DNA of 40,017 nucleotides from Gammaproteobacteria bacterium (GCA_013041975.1 JABDQZ010000065.1:1-40017), one strand, 5' to 3'. Shown: positions 9,139-19,650, numbered from the stretch's first letter. Notes: a model not told the origin generated them from the letters alone. Numbers and translations are program-made.

Positions 9139-10574
9139 TGAACGTCTTATTTGCTACCAGTGAGGCCTTTCCGCTGATCAAGACCGGCGGACTGGGAGAC
9201 GTCGCCAACAGCCTGCCTAACAGCCTGCAACAGTCAGGGGCCGATGTCAGACTGATACTGCCTGCCTATCGTGAAGTGTTGCAGAAAATTGATAATTTCA
9301 AAATTATCGGCTGGATGAAAATCGGCATGCAGCAGGATGCCCGCATTCTGGAAACCACGCATCCTTCTTATGACATGCCAATCTTTCTGGTGGACCACCC
9401 CATGCTGTTTGATCGACCAGGCAACCCATACACTCACCCTGAAGGATATGACTGGCAAGATAACCCGCTACGCTTTAGCCTGTTCAGTCAGGTTGCATCA
9501 CTCATGGCGATTGACACATTAAATACAGGGTGGCGTGCTGATGTGGTACATACCAATGACTGGCAAACCGGTTTGGTAAACGCCTACCTCAGCCATGAAG
9601 CGAGACCGCCGAAACGCATATTTACCATTCATAACATCGCTTATGACTGCCAATTTGATTTTGGCACTTTCCAGTCTTTGCACTTGCCGCCACACTGGTG
9701 GTCAATGGAACTGGGCGAGTTTCATCACCGTTTTTCCCTGCTTAAAGCAGGCCTGGTCTTTTCTGACCAGATCACGACCGTCAGTCCAAAATATGCGCGT
9801 GAAATTTGCACCCCGGAATATGGCTATGGCTATGCCCCGATACTGGAGAGCATGCATCATAAGCTCAGCGGCATACTCAATGGTATTGATGATGAAGTCT
9901 GGAATCCTGCAACTGATCCACACCTGCATAAGCATTATGCCTCCAAGGACAAAATCTCAGTAATACGCAAAGCCAAGAGTGCCAATAAAAAAGCCCTGCT
10001 CTCCAAGCTTGGCGCCAGTCATGCTGTACTAAATGATATTGATAAACCTGTGGTTGGATTTGTTGGCAGGCTAGTTTTTCAGAAAGGTATCGACCTGCTG
10101 CTTAACAGCATTGACTCACTCATCCATGAAAGCAACGCCCGTTTTGTCATCGTTGGCAGTGGGGAGCATGATCTCGAACAACATTTAAATCAGCTTAAAC
10201 TCGCCTGGCCTGACCGGGTATTCAGTTTTATCGGCTATTCCGAAGCGCTGGCGCACCTGCTGGAAGCCGGCAGCGATATTTTCGCCATGCCATCACGTTA
10301 TGAACCCTGCGGACTGAATCAGCTATACAGTCTACGTTACGGCACACCACCCGTAGTACGCCGTACCGGAGGGCTGGCCGATACCGTAACGGATAAAAAT
10401 GGTGTTCTTTTCGATGAAGCAACACCCGAGGCACTGACCGCAGCTATCCATACCGCATTAAACTATTACAATGATAAAAAGGTCTGGTCAGACATGATCA
10501 CCCATGCCATGAAAAACGATTACAGCTGGCATAAAAGTGCTGCCGAATACATTGAACTCTACAATAACGTCTAG
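9138..10574 (+). CDS. glgA: Glycogen synthase (ADP-glucose type, GT5)
   Basis: MNVLFATSEAFPLIKTGGLGDV contains the KTGGL motif, and the C-terminal region has PSRYEPCGLNQLYSLRYGT. The ORF track starts at TTG 9135. ATG 9138 overlaps the glgB TGA (TGATG), so I prefer it. Confidence 0.93.
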   Translation: MNVLFATSEAFPLIKTGGLGDVANSLPNSLQQSGADVRLILPAYREVLQKIDNFKIIGWMKIGMQQDARILETTHPSYDMPIFLVDHPMLFDRPGNPYTHPEGYDWQDNPLRFSLFSQVASLMAIDTLNTGWRADVVHTNDWQTGLVNAYLSHEARPPKRIFTIHNIAYDCQFDFGTFQSLHLPPHWWSMELGEFHHRFSLLKAGLVFSDQITTVSPKYAREICTPEYGYGYAPILESMHHKLSGILNGIDDEVWNPATDPHLHKHYASKDKISVIRKAKSANKKALLSKLGASHAVLNDIDKPVVGFVGRLVFQKGIDLLLNSIDSLIHESNARFVIVGSGEHDLEQHLNQLKLAWPDRVFSFIGYSEALAHLLEAGSDIFAMPSRYEPCGLNQLYSLRYGTPPVVRRTGGLADTVTDKNGVLFDEATPEALTAAIHTALNYYNDKKVWSDMITHAMKNDYSWHKSAAEYIELYNNV

Positions 10575-10608
10575 CACCCCTTATTAAAACACCCCGGAGA
10601 GACATCAA

Positions 10609-13089
10609 ATGGCTGAACATACTTCTGAAGATATCTGCATGCTGCCTCGCATGGAGCAACTTCCTTCCGACCCTTACGCCATCGCATCGGATTTTCGCAA
10701 TTATCTGGATTATCACCTTGGCCGCTTTCTCGGCTGTGATTATTTTTACCTGTATGAAGCCATGGCCTATACCGTCCGTGACCGCCTGATGCCAGACTGG
10801 CGAAATGCAGCCATACAGACCATTGAACCGAATCTCCGTCAGGCTCACTACCTGTCTCTTGAATATCTTATTGGTCGCTCACTGGGCAATCACCTGATCA
10901 ATCAGGATTTAACTGACAGTGTCTCTGCTGCTGCCCAGGTTGCTGCCATCAACCTGGAAGAAATCGAATCGCAGGAGCCCGATGCCGGCTTAGGTAATGG
11001 CGGCCTGGGGCGCCTGGCAGCCTGTTTTCTGGATAGCTGCGCCACCCTGAAACTGCCAGTGACCGGCTATGGACTGCGTTATGAATACGGCATGTTTCAT
11101 CAGCATATTGAAGACGGCAACCAGGTTGAAGATCCTGACCACTGGTTACGTGACGGTCACCCATGGGAAATCGAACGCCCCGAGTTTTCCCAGGTGGTAA
11201 AATTCGCTGGACGTACCGAACACTTTTCCGATCCTGAGGGACAGCATCATGCCCGTTGGGTCGATACCGATGATGTTGTCGCTGTTCCCTATGATGTACC
11301 GGTTACCGGTTACCGCAACGACATCGTCAACACACTGCGTTTATGGGCAGCTTCTGCCACCGATGAATTTAACCTGAAGGAATTTAACGCCGGTGATTAT
11401 GCCGATGCGGTCGCTGCCAAAAACGAAGCCGAAAACATCACCATGGTGTTATATCCCAACGATGCCAACGAAAACGGCAAGGAACTTCGTCTACGTCAGC
11501 AATACTTCCTGACTTCCGCCAGCCTGCAGGATGTATTCCGTAGCTGGGAAGACAGGCCACTCTCTGATTTTGCAGCCTGTAACGTATTTCAGCTCAACGA
11601 TACCCATCCAAGCGTCGCAGTGGCCGAACTGATGCGTATACTGGTCGATGAAAAACGCATCAATTGGGAAGAAGCCTGGAAAATAACTTCGAACTGCATG
11701 GCTTACACCAACCACACCCTGTTACCCGAAGCCCTTGAGCGCTGGCCGGTAAAATTGTTTGATTGCCTGCTGCCTCGCTTGCTTGAAATCATTTATGAAA
11801 TCAATGCCCGCTTCCTGGCGCAGGTCCGTTCGCGCTGGCCTGCTGATAGGCATCGTTTAGCGCGCATGTCGCTGATTGAGGAAGGTCCTGAGCCACAGGT
11901 ACGCATGGCATGGCTGGCTATTGTCGGCAGTTTTTCCGTTAACGGAGTAGCCGAGCTGCATTCCGAATTACTCAAGGAAGGCCTGTTCAAGGACTTCTAT
12001 GAAATGTGGCCTGAGAAGTTCAACAACAAAACCAATGGTGTAACACCACGTCGCTGGCTGGCATTAGCCAACCCCGGGTTATCTGCACTGATCACCAACA
12101 CCATTGGTGATGGCTGGCAAAGTCATCTGGAAAAACTGGATGAGCTAAAAAAATACAAGAACCCAACTAAATACAAGAAATTCCACAAAACCTGGAATAA
12201 CATCCGTCATGAAAACAAACAGCGTCTTGCGCAACTGGTCGAAGACGAAACCGGCGTATATTTCAATCCGGACCATCTGTTCGACGTACAGGTAAAACGC
12301 ATTCATGAATACAAACGTCAGTTACTGAATGTGCTGCACATCGTTCATTTGTATAACCGCATCCGTTATCAAGGTGATACCAATATCGCCAAACGCTGCA
12401 TTCTGATTGCCGGCAAGGCCGCTCCCGGTTATCACAAGGCAAAACTGATCATCAAATTGATAAATAATGTGGCCGCCCTGGTCAATGCTGACGAGGAAAT
12501 CGGCGATCATTTACGCGTTGCGTTTCTGCCTAACTATTCAGTTTCAAAAATGATGCAGATCTGTCCTGCTGCCGACCTGTCAGAACAGATTTCTACTGCT
12601 GGCAAGGAAGCTTCCGGTACCGGCAACATGAAATTCATGATGAACGGCAGTATTACCATAGGTACCTATGATGGCGCCAACATTGAAATCATGGAAGCTG
12701 TGGGTGAAGAAAACTTCTTCCTGTTTGGTTTAAAAGAAGATGAAGTTCAGCAACTGAAACAACATTACAACCCGCAACACTACATCGATACGGATGAAGA
12801 CCTGAAAGCGGTTATGGAATTGCTGGAGTCAGAGCATTTCAATTCATTCGAGCCCGGTATTTTCAATGAACTGATCGAATCGTTGAAAGACCCTCACGAT
12901 CCCTGGATGACCCTGGCCGATTTCAGAAGCTACATTGATGCCCAGAAACTTGTCGAGGAAACCTGGAATGATCAGGCTGCCTGGACAACGATGAGCATTA
13001 TAAATACGGCAAGCAGCGGAATTTTCTCAACTGACCGCACTATCAGTCAGTACAATGAGGATATCTGGAAACTCAAGCCGATGGATTAG
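10609..13089 (+). CDS. glgP: Glycogen / maltodextrin phosphorylase
   Basis: The 826-aa ORF carries LGNGGLGRLAACFLDS, RIHEYKRQLLN and the pyridoxal-phosphate Lys motif EASGTGNMKFMMNG. GGAGAG lies 7 nt upstream of the ATG. Confidence 0.95.
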   Translation: MAEHTSEDICMLPRMEQLPSDPYAIASDFRNYLDYHLGRFLGCDYFYLYEAMAYTVRDRLMPDWRNAAIQTIEPNLRQAHYLSLEYLIGRSLGNHLINQDLTDSVSAAAQVAAINLEEIESQEPDAGLGNGGLGRLAACFLDSCATLKLPVTGYGLRYEYGMFHQHIEDGNQVEDPDHWLRDGHPWEIERPEFSQVVKFAGRTEHFSDPEGQHHARWVDTDDVVAVPYDVPVTGYRNDIVNTLRLWAASATDEFNLKEFNAGDYADAVAAKNEAENITMVLYPNDANENGKELRLRQQYFLTSASLQDVFRSWEDRPLSDFAACNVFQLNDTHPSVAVAELMRILVDEKRINWEEAWKITSNCMAYTNHTLLPEALERWPVKLFDCLLPRLLEIIYEINARFLAQVRSRWPADRHRLARMSLIEEGPEPQVRMAWLAIVGSFSVNGVAELHSELLKEGLFKDFYEMWPEKFNNKTNGVTPRRWLALANPGLSALITNTIGDGWQSHLEKLDELKKYKNPTKYKKFHKTWNNIRHENKQRLAQLVEDETGVYFNPDHLFDVQVKRIHEYKRQLLNVLHIVHLYNRIRYQGDTNIAKRCILIAGKAAPGYHKAKLIIKLINNVAALVNADEEIGDHLRVAFLPNYSVSKMMQICPAADLSEQISTAGKEASGTGNMKFMMNGSITIGTYDGANIEIMEAVGEENFFLFGLKEDEVQQLKQHYNPQHYIDTDEDLKAVMELLESEHFNSFEPGIFNELIESLKDPHDPWMTLADFRSYIDAQKLVEETWNDQAAWTTMSIINTASSGIFSTDRTISQYNEDIWKLKPMD

Positions 13090-13495
13090 ACTCCAGAGTT
13101 TTTCTGCATTTATCAATCAGGGCTTGAGCCTGTTCCTCTACATAAGGAACAGCCGCCGAATGACCCCACACCGGCCCTGGCCATGCCGGGTCATTGATAC
13201 TGCGACCGATATGATGCATGTGAAGCTGCGCTACGATATTTCCAAGGACGCCCACATTCATTTTATCGATAGAAAAATTATTTTCTATAAACTCAGCAAC
13301 CAGGCAGGACTCTTTCATCAACTGCTGGCGATCAGCATCATTCAAATGATGCATCTCGTTTACACTATCAATACGTGGTACCAGAATAATCCAGGGATAA
13401 CGTGAATCATTCATCAACAGCAGGCGTGATAACGGCAGATCACCTATCGGGAATGTGTCAGCTTCCAGGCGTGGATGAAGATTAAACAGAGACAT
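13073..13495 (-). CDS. HIT-family (histidine triad) protein
   Basis: The 140-aa ORF contains the histidine-triad-like QLHMHHIGR followed by DPAWPGPVWG. Its ATG overlaps the htpX stop (TGATG). Its 3' end overlaps glgP by 17 nt. Confidence 0.8.
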   Translation of the reverse strand: MSLFNLHPRLEADTFPIGDLPLSRLLLMNDSRYPWIILVPRIDSVNEMHHLNDADRQQLMKESCLVAEFIENNFSIDKMNVGVLGNIVAQLHMHHIGRSINDPAWPGPVWGHSAAVPYVEEQAQALIDKCRKTLESNPSA

Positions 13496-14361
13496 CAGAT
13501 CCGTTGCAGTGCTGCTATGCGTTTTTCCAGCGGCGGATGGCTGGCAAATAATTCAGCCATTTTTCCACCAGAAATCCCGAATGCCGCCATTTCATCAGGC
13601 AACGACTCGGTATGCCCCTGCTGCAGACGTTTAAGTGCATCAATCATTTTTTGACGTCCGGCCAAATCGGCACCGCCCGCATCTGCTCGGAACTCACGAT
13701 AGCGTGAAAACCAGGCAACAATCATCGAAGCCAGAATCCCCAGGATAAACTGGGCCGCCAGTGACACAATCCAGAAAGCCGGGCCATGACCGCGCTCAAC
13801 CTTGAAGACGACGCGATCAACAACATGACCGATAACACGCGACAGGAAGACCACAAAGGTATTGACCACTCCCTGAATCAGGGTCAGCGTCACCATATCA
13901 CCATTAGCGACATGACTGACTTCGTGACCTAAAACGGCTTCCACTTCATCCTGCGTCATGGATTGCAGCAATCCGGAACTGACAGCCACCAGTGCAGCAT
14001 TCTTGTTCCAGCCGGTGGCAAAGGCATTGGGTGCCTGTGAATTGAACACGCCGACTTCAGGCATTCCAATACCCGCCCTGCGTGCCTGAAAGGCAACGGT
14101 ATCAACCAGCCATTTTTCAGTTGCATTGGATGGCTGCGTAATCAGCTGAACACCCATACTGCGTTTTGCCATGCTCTTGGACAGGAACAGGGAAATAAAA
14201 GACCCGGAAAAACCGATGATGGCTGAATAAATCAGCAGGGCATTCAGATCCAGGTCAACACCATTGGCAGCCAGCAGGTTATCAATACCCAGCAGACTGA
14301 AGACAACGCTAAGCAGCATGATGACTGCGAGGTTTGTTCCCAGAAACAATAAAATTCTCAT
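13495..14361 (-). CDS. htpX: Zinc metalloprotease HtpX
   Basis: The 288-aa ORF has N-terminal TM segments, an HEVSHVANGD (HExxH) motif, further TM segments and ASHPPLEKRI at the C-terminus. GGAGAAG lies upstream of the ATG. Confidence 0.95.
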   Translation of the reverse strand: MRILLFLGTNLAVIMLLSVVFSLLGIDNLLAANGVDLDLNALLIYSAIIGFSGSFISLFLSKSMAKRSMGVQLITQPSNATEKWLVDTVAFQARRAGIGMPEVGVFNSQAPNAFATGWNKNAALVAVSSGLLQSMTQDEVEAVLGHEVSHVANGDMVTLTLIQGVVNTFVVFLSRVIGHVVDRVVFKVERGHGPAFWIVSLAAQFILGILASMIVAWFSRYREFRADAGGADLAGRQKMIDALKRLQQGHTESLPDEMAAFGISGGKMAELFASHPPLEKRIAALQRI

Positions 14362-14385
14362 TGGTTCTTCTCCGTAGTGTGTTTC

Positions 14386-14424
14386 GGGGAGCCTGTGTGC
14401 CTTTCAGAGGCATACAGACTCCCC
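14386..14424 (-). promoter_or_regulatory. Stable stem-loop in the htpX 5' leader (function unknown)
   Basis: GGGGAGCCTGTGTGCCT (14386-14402) pairs with AGGCATACAGACTCCCC (14408-14424) around a 5-nt loop. On the minus-strand RNA this gives 17 positions with one G.U and one A.C. The stem ends about 24 nt upstream of the htpX ATG, and no U-tract follows. Confidence 0.4.
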
Positions 14425-14520
14425 TCTTAACGCTGGCTAGACACAAACTCGTATAAAGATCTTTCTCTAAAAGACCGCCAACTCCCTATTGATTAATGAG
14501 GCTTACTCCATTCTAGGCAA

Positions 14521-14626
14521 AAGCGGTCGTATCATGACTTTCAGATACGTTCCGAGGCATGGATGCCGAGGAGAGCCTACATGGAAGTATTCACAGCGCT
14601 ATCTGAAAGTCATGATACGACCGCTT
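14521..14626. repeat. 106-nt element made of a 27-bp perfect inverted repeat with a 52-nt spacer
   Basis: AAGCGGTCGTATCATGACTTTCAGATA at 14521-14547 has its exact reverse complement at 14600-14626. The element lies 4 nt downstream of the metH stop codon. Confidence 0.85.
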
Positions 14627-14630
14627 ATAC

Positions 14631-17600
14631 CTACTTATAGGCCAAGTTCGGAGCAAGCCACTTCTCAGCTTCGACAATGGAAATTCCTTTTCGTTTCGCG
14701 TAATCCTCAAGCTGGTCCCTGTCGATTTTGCCGACTGCAAAGTAACGTGCGGCCGGATGTGAAAAATACAAGCCACTGACCGCTGCTGTTGGCACCATGG
14801 CCTTTGATTCAGTTAGCCAGATACCGGTATTTTTCTCCGCATCCAGCAAATCCCAGAGTATATCTTTTTCGGTGTGATCAGGAGAGGACGGATAACCCAT
14901 AGCTGGCCTGATACCCACATATTTCTCGGCTATAAGATCATTGTTATTGAAGTTTTCATGAGAACTGTACGCCCATAATTGCTTGCGCACCCGCTCATGC
15001 AACCATTCAGTCAACGCTTCGGCCAAACGATCCGCCAAGGCCTTGAGCATGAGTGCGCTGTAATCATCGTGATCGGCATCGAATTCAGCAATCTTTTCAT
15101 CTATGCCGATGCCCGCCGTTGCTGCGAAGCCACCGATATAATCCGTTTTTCCACACGACTTCGGTGCAATATAATCAGCCAGGCATTCGTTGTATTTTCC
15201 TGCTGGCTGCTTGCCTTGTTTACGCAAATTATGCAATGTAGTTAGTAATTGCCCACTTTCACTATAGACATCAATATCATCACCCATTGCATTGGCAGCA
15301 AACAACCCAACGACCGCCTTGGCCTGCAACCAGTTTTCATCAATCACCTGCCTGAGCATAGCCTGTGCATCAGCAAAAAGTTTACCTGCTTCTTCACCTT
15401 TTTCAGCATCATCCAAAATCTTTGGATAGCGCCCTTTCATTTGCCAGGCATGGAAGAAAAATGTCCAGTCGATGTATTCTGCGATACCCGATAGATCAAT
15501 ATCATCAAGTACTGTGACTCCGAGCTGCGCAGGCTCTATGGGCTGATACTCACCCCAGTCCACAGGCGTTGGATTAGCCCGGGCTTGTTTAATCGGTACC
15601 AGCGATGCTGCATCATTTTTTGCCGCGCGACGCTGGCGAACCTCTTCATACTCTTCTTTAACCCCTTGCAGGTAAGGCGCTTTCTGGTCTTCTGACAACA
15701 ATGAAGTTGCCACGCCAACCGCACGTGATGCATCGGGTACATACACCACACCATGTGCATATTCCGGCTCCAGTTTGACTGCCGTATGCGCCTTTGAAGT
15801 CGTCGCGCCGCCGATCATGAGAGGAAGCTCAAAACCCAAACGGGTCATCTCTTTGGCAACATGTACCATTTCATCCAGCGAAGGTGTAATGAGACCGGAC
15901 AAACCAATAATATCGACATTTTCTTCTTTGGCTTTTTGCAGAATCGTTTCGGCAGGCACCATTACACCAAGATCGATGACTTCGTAGTTATTACACTGCA
16001 ACACCACACCGACGATATTTTTGCCAATATCGTGGACATCACCTTTGACCGTAGCCATCAATATCTTGCCCTGCGTTTCGATATCGCACTCAGCTTTTTC
16101 TTCCTGCAAGAATGGATCAAGAAAGGCTACGGACTTTTTCATGACTCGGGCAGATTTCACTACCTGGGGCAAAAACATTTTACCGGCACCAAACAAATCA
16201 CCGACCACGTTCATGCCATCCATCAATGGACCTTCAATCACTTCCAGTGTTTTATTGAACTGGTGACGTGCTTCTTCAGTATCTTCATCGATAAATTCGG
16301 TAATGCCTTTGACGAGTGCATGTTCCAGACGCTTATTGACAGGCCATGAGCGCCATTCAAGGTCTTCTTCCTTGGCGCCAACAACACCATCACCGGCATA
16401 TTTTGGAGCCAGGTCAACCAGACGCTCACCGGCTTCGGGGTCCTTGTTGAGCACGACATCTTCAACCGCATGAAGAAGTTCTTCAGGCAGGTCATCGTAG
16501 ACTGCCAGCTGTGCGGCATTGACGATACCCATATCCATACCAGCCTTAATGGCATGGTAGAGAAATACAGCATGAATGGCTTCACGTACCGGGTTGTTAC
16601 CGCGGAATGAGAAAGACACATTGGAAACACCGCCGGAAATCTTCGCATACGGCAACATATTTTTGATATCGCGCGTTGCTTCAATAAAGTCAACGCCATA
16701 GTTGTTATGCTCTTCGATACCGGTAGCTACGGCAAAAATATTCGGATCGAAAATAATATCTTCAGCAGGGAAGCTGATTTCATCCACCAGAATCCGATAG
16801 GCTCGTGTACAGATTTCCACCTTGCGCGCCTGTGTATCGGCTTGCCCTTTTTCATCGAATGCCATGACGATGATGGCTGCACCATAACGGCGACACAGCT
16901 TGGCCTGATGGCGAAAAGACTCCTCTCCCTCCTTCATGGAAATCGAGTTGACGATGGGCTTACCCTGCGAGCACTGCAACCCTGCTTCAATGATGTCCCA
17001 TTTCGATGAATCAATCATCAAAGGCACTTTGGCAATGTCCGGCTCGGATGCGATGAGGTTCAAAAAACGCACCATCGCAGCCTTGCCATCAAGCATGCCT
17101 TCATCCATGTTGACATCGACCAACTGTGCACCGTTTTCTACCTGGGTACGGCAAATATCAAGCGCTTCTTCATATTCTTCATTGAGAATCAGGCGTTTGA
17201 ATTTTGCCGAACCAGTGACATTGGCGCGTTCACCGACATTCACAAAAAGCGATTCATCGCCAATGTTTAATGGTTCAAGTCCAGATAAACGACAGTCCTG
17301 GGTCAGCACAGGTGTTTTTCTCGGTGCTTTACCTGCCACAGCATCGGCAATGGATTTGATATGCAGCGGTGTCGTTCCGCAGCAACCACCCACAATATTC
17401 AGAAACCCGCTATCGGCCCACTCGGCTATGTATTCACCCATGTGTTCGGCATCAAGATCGTATTCACCAAACTCGTTAGGTAACCCGGCATTCGGATGAA
17501 CGTTCACGTGACAATCAGCCACACGGGACATTTCCTCTACATACTGGCGCAGCAGATCTGGACCAAGCGCACAGTTCAGACCAATGGAAACGGGTTCGGC

Positions 17601-18314
17601 ATGACGCAACGAATTGTAGAAGGCTTCTGTGGTCTGGCCGGAAAGTGTACGACCGGATGCGTCTGTAATGGTCCCGGAAATCATGATCGGCAATACATAA
17701 CCGTCCTCATCAAACACTTGCTTGACAGCAAACACTGCCGCCTTGGCGTTGAGCGTGTCGAAAATGGTTTCAATGAGGACAATATCAATCCCACCCTCGA
17801 CAAGGGCACGGGTCGCTTCCTTGTATTGTTCAACCAGTTCGTTAAAGGTGATATTGCGATAACCAGGGTCATTCACATCCGGAGATATTGAGAGCGTACG
17901 GCTGGTTGGACCCAACACACCCGCGACAAAACGGGGCTTGTCTGCTGTGGCATATTTATCCGCTGCTTCCCGGCATAACCTGGCAGCCGCCTTATTCAGT
18001 TCGGGAACAAGCTCTTCCATTTCGTAGTCGGACATGGAGACACGCGTGCCATTGAAAGAGTTGGTTTCTATGATATCGGCACCGGCTTCCAGGTACTCCT
18101 CATGAATTCCACGGATAATGTGCGGCTGTGTCAGACATAAAAGATCGTTGTTACCTTTCAGGTCAGAATGCCAGTCAGCAAAACGCTCACCACGATAATC
18201 CTCTTCGGTCAGCTTGTGACGCTGGATCATCGTTCCCATGGCACCATCCAGCACCAGGATGCGTTGGGACATCAATTGATTGAGTTCGTCAGTGCGATTA
18301 ATCGGCATAAGCAA
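14631..18314 (-). CDS. metH: Cobalamin-dependent methionine synthase
   Basis: The 1227-aa ORF shows all modules: the Hcy-binding domain (GGCCGTTP), the pterin-binding domain, the B12-binding DxHxxG motif ([11 protein letters not shown]) and the AdoMet activation domain at the C-terminus. Confidence 0.97.
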   Translation of the reverse strand: MLMPINRTDELNQLMSQRILVLDGAMGTMIQRHKLTEEDYRGERFADWHSDLKGNNDLLCLTQPHIIRGIHEEYLEAGADIIETNSFNGTRVSMSDYEMEELVPELNKAAARLCREAADKYATADKPRFVAGVLGPTSRTLSISPDVNDPGYRNITFNELVEQYKEATRALVEGGIDIVLIETIFDTLNAKAAVFAVKQVFDEDGYVLPIMISGTITDASGRTLSGQTTEAFYNSLRHAEPVSIGLNCALGPDLLRQYVEEMSRVADCHVNVHPNAGLPNEFGEYDLDAEHMGEYIAEWADSGFLNIVGGCCGTTPLHIKSIADAVAGKAPRKTPVLTQDCRLSGLEPLNIGDESLFVNVGERANVTGSAKFKRLILNEEYEEALDICRTQVENGAQLVDVNMDEGMLDGKAAMVRFLNLIASEPDIAKVPLMIDSSKWDIIEAGLQCSQGKPIVNSISMKEGEESFRHQAKLCRRYGAAIIVMAFDEKGQADTQARKVEICTRAYRILVDEISFPAEDIIFDPNIFAVATGIEEHNNYGVDFIEATRDIKNMLPYAKISGGVSNVSFSFRGNNPVREAIHAVFLYHAIKAGMDMGIVNAAQLAVYDDLPEELLHAVEDVVLNKDPEAGERLVDLAPKYAGDGVVGAKEEDLEWRSWPVNKRLEHALVKGITEFIDEDTEEARHQFNKTLEVIEGPLMDGMNVVGDLFGAGKMFLPQVVKSARVMKKSVAFLDPFLQEEKAECDIETQGKILMATVKGDVHDIGKNIVGVVLQCNNYEVIDLGVMVPAETILQKAKEENVDIIGLSGLITPSLDEMVHVAKEMTRLGFELPLMIGGATTSKAHTAVKLEPEYAHGVVYVPDASRAVGVATSLLSEDQKAPYLQGVKEEYEEVRQRRAAKNDAASLVPIKQARANPTPVDWGEYQPIEPAQLGVTVLDDIDLSGIAEYIDWTFFFHAWQMKGRYPKILDDAEKGEEAGKLFADAQAMLRQVIDENWLQAKAVVGLFAANAMGDDIDVYSESGQLLTTLHNLRKQGKQPAGKYNECLADYIAPKSCGKTDYIGGFAATAGIGIDEKIAEFDADHDDYSALMLKALADRLAEALTEWLHERVRKQLWAYSSHENFNNNDLIAEKYVGIRPAMGYPSSPDHTEKDILWDLLDAEKNTGIWLTESKAMVPTAAVSGLYFSHPAARYFAVGKIDRDQLEDYAKRKGISIVEAEKWLAPNLAYK

Positions 18315-18387
18315 TCCCCGGAAAATACATCAGCCACAGATATCGACGAAAATATTTGTGGATTAAAATTTTAGTGATTTTAACAGA

Positions 18388-19641
18388 TTAGCTGAGCCTG
18401 CGTTTGACCAGCTCGATATGTTGACGCAGATCGTATAACTGACTGGCAAAGGACAATGGCACCTGCACGTGAATGACTTCCTGGTCGATTTTTTCCAATT
18501 GATTTCGAAGGTCTTCAAGGTCTGGATTCTCTCGAGAATTTGCCAGATCAATCTGCTCCAGCGCCTGATACCAGCGATAGATCTTGGAACGCATTCGCCA
18601 GGTATAGATTGGCGGCATGACCTTCATCAATGGAATCATCAATACCACCAATGGAAGAATCATGACTTTCAAGCGGTCTATCAGACTTGCAAGCCAGAAC
18701 GGCAGGTAACGCTGCAGCAATGGCGGCCCGTACTTGTAATAGCGTTTTGCCTCCGGACTGACTGGGTATTCCGGGAAATTCGCATTGGGAAATTCACCAT
18801 TTTTCTCAAACCAGCCGCCCTTTCCATGGATTTCCTCTGCAACCTGTAACAGCAAATCCTGAATGGCAGGATGCAGGTCATCACGCACCATCAGGTTGGC
18901 GGTCGCTGCTAGCAGGGTAATGTCTTTGCCTGGAATATCTTTCGACAGGTCAACCATTCCACGTGGCAGGTTCACATGGGTCAGATATTTCATACGCCGT
19001 TGATAAGCTTCAGCTCGATCAAAATGCATGAGCGCAATCGACTCATCTTCAAGAAATGCCCTGACTTTTTCAGACGTCGCTGAGGCCACCATAAAAACAG
19101 CATCAACCTGGCCTGACTTTAGCGCCACCAGGTCATCTCCATTTTTTCCCGGATGCAGTTCAACCTGATCCTGCAAGCCATTACCAACCAGCAACTGCAT
19201 TACCAGGGCCCTGGTACCACTTCCTTCAGCACCGACAATCAGCTTGTTTCCTTTAAAATCAAACAGCGTGGAAACAGGAGTTTCCTTGCGATGGAATACC
19301 CACAGGGGTTCGTTATAGAGGCTTCCCAGGGTTAATAACCTGCTGTCCGTTTCTGCGCTGCCTGTTCCACCCTGTATAAAACCGGCAGCGGCTGAACCAG
19401 ACTCAAGCCTGGAAATATTTTCCACCGAGCCTTTGCTGTTTTGCAGAACCAGCTCAACCCCTTGCTTACCCAGCGCTTTTTGATATTGATGTGCAAATTT
19501 ATCGTAAGCGCCACCTGCTTTTCCTGTTGTGAAAACAATCTGATTCGGTGGCGCCGGATCAACAAACTGATAGGCCAGGAAAAATGCCACCAGGGTGACA
19601 AACACCGGTAACACAATGGCTTTGATAGTCGATGTTGACAT
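18388..19641 (-). CDS. TAXI-family TRAP-type solute-binding protein homologue, membrane anchored
   Basis: The 417-aa ORF has an N-terminal TM segment (AIVLPVFVTLVAFFLAY) and then a TAXI-like core (TTGKAGGAYDKFA...NSKGSVENISRLESGSAAAGFIQGG). A second hydrophobic segment (VMILPLVVLMIPLMKV) precedes a charged, helical tail of about 60 aa. The start lies 9 nt after the amgK stop, with GAGGG as SD. No TRAP membrane subunits are nearby. Confidence 0.7.
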   Translation of the reverse strand: MSTSTIKAIVLPVFVTLVAFFLAYQFVDPAPPNQIVFTTGKAGGAYDKFAHQYQKALGKQGVELVLQNSKGSVENISRLESGSAAAGFIQGGTGSAETDSRLLTLGSLYNEPLWVFHRKETPVSTLFDFKGNKLIVGAEGSGTRALVMQLLVGNGLQDQVELHPGKNGDDLVALKSGQVDAVFMVASATSEKVRAFLEDESIALMHFDRAEAYQRRMKYLTHVNLPRGMVDLSKDIPGKDITLLAATANLMVRDDLHPAIQDLLLQVAEEIHGKGGWFEKNGEFPNANFPEYPVSPEAKRYYKYGPPLLQRYLPFWLASLIDRLKVMILPLVVLMIPLMKVMPPIYTWRMRSKIYRWYQALEQIDLANSRENPDLEDLRNQLEKIDQEVIHVQVPLSFASQLYDLRQHIELVKRRLS

Positions 19642-19650
19642 GACTTGCCC

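Noticed and set aside
13055-13405. A 116-aa plus-strand ORF opposite the HIT gene.
   Set aside because: The minus-strand frame carries the histidine-triad motif and is translationally coupled to htpX. The plus-strand product has no motifs.
14489-14779. A 96-aa plus-strand ORF and a 61-aa minus-strand ORF spanning the 27-bp inverted repeat.
   Set aside because: They are generated by the palindrome itself and then run antisense into metH. There is no SD or protein-like composition. A 15-codon ORF in the spacer (ATG 14559) has an SD-like GAGG only 1-2 nt away, which is too close.
18315-18387. Possible cobalamin riboswitch or MetR box upstream of metH.
   Set aside because: Only 73 nt are available, which is too short for a B12 riboswitch, and those normally control metE or btuB rather than metH. 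I found no TGAA-N5-TTCA-type MetR site by eye.
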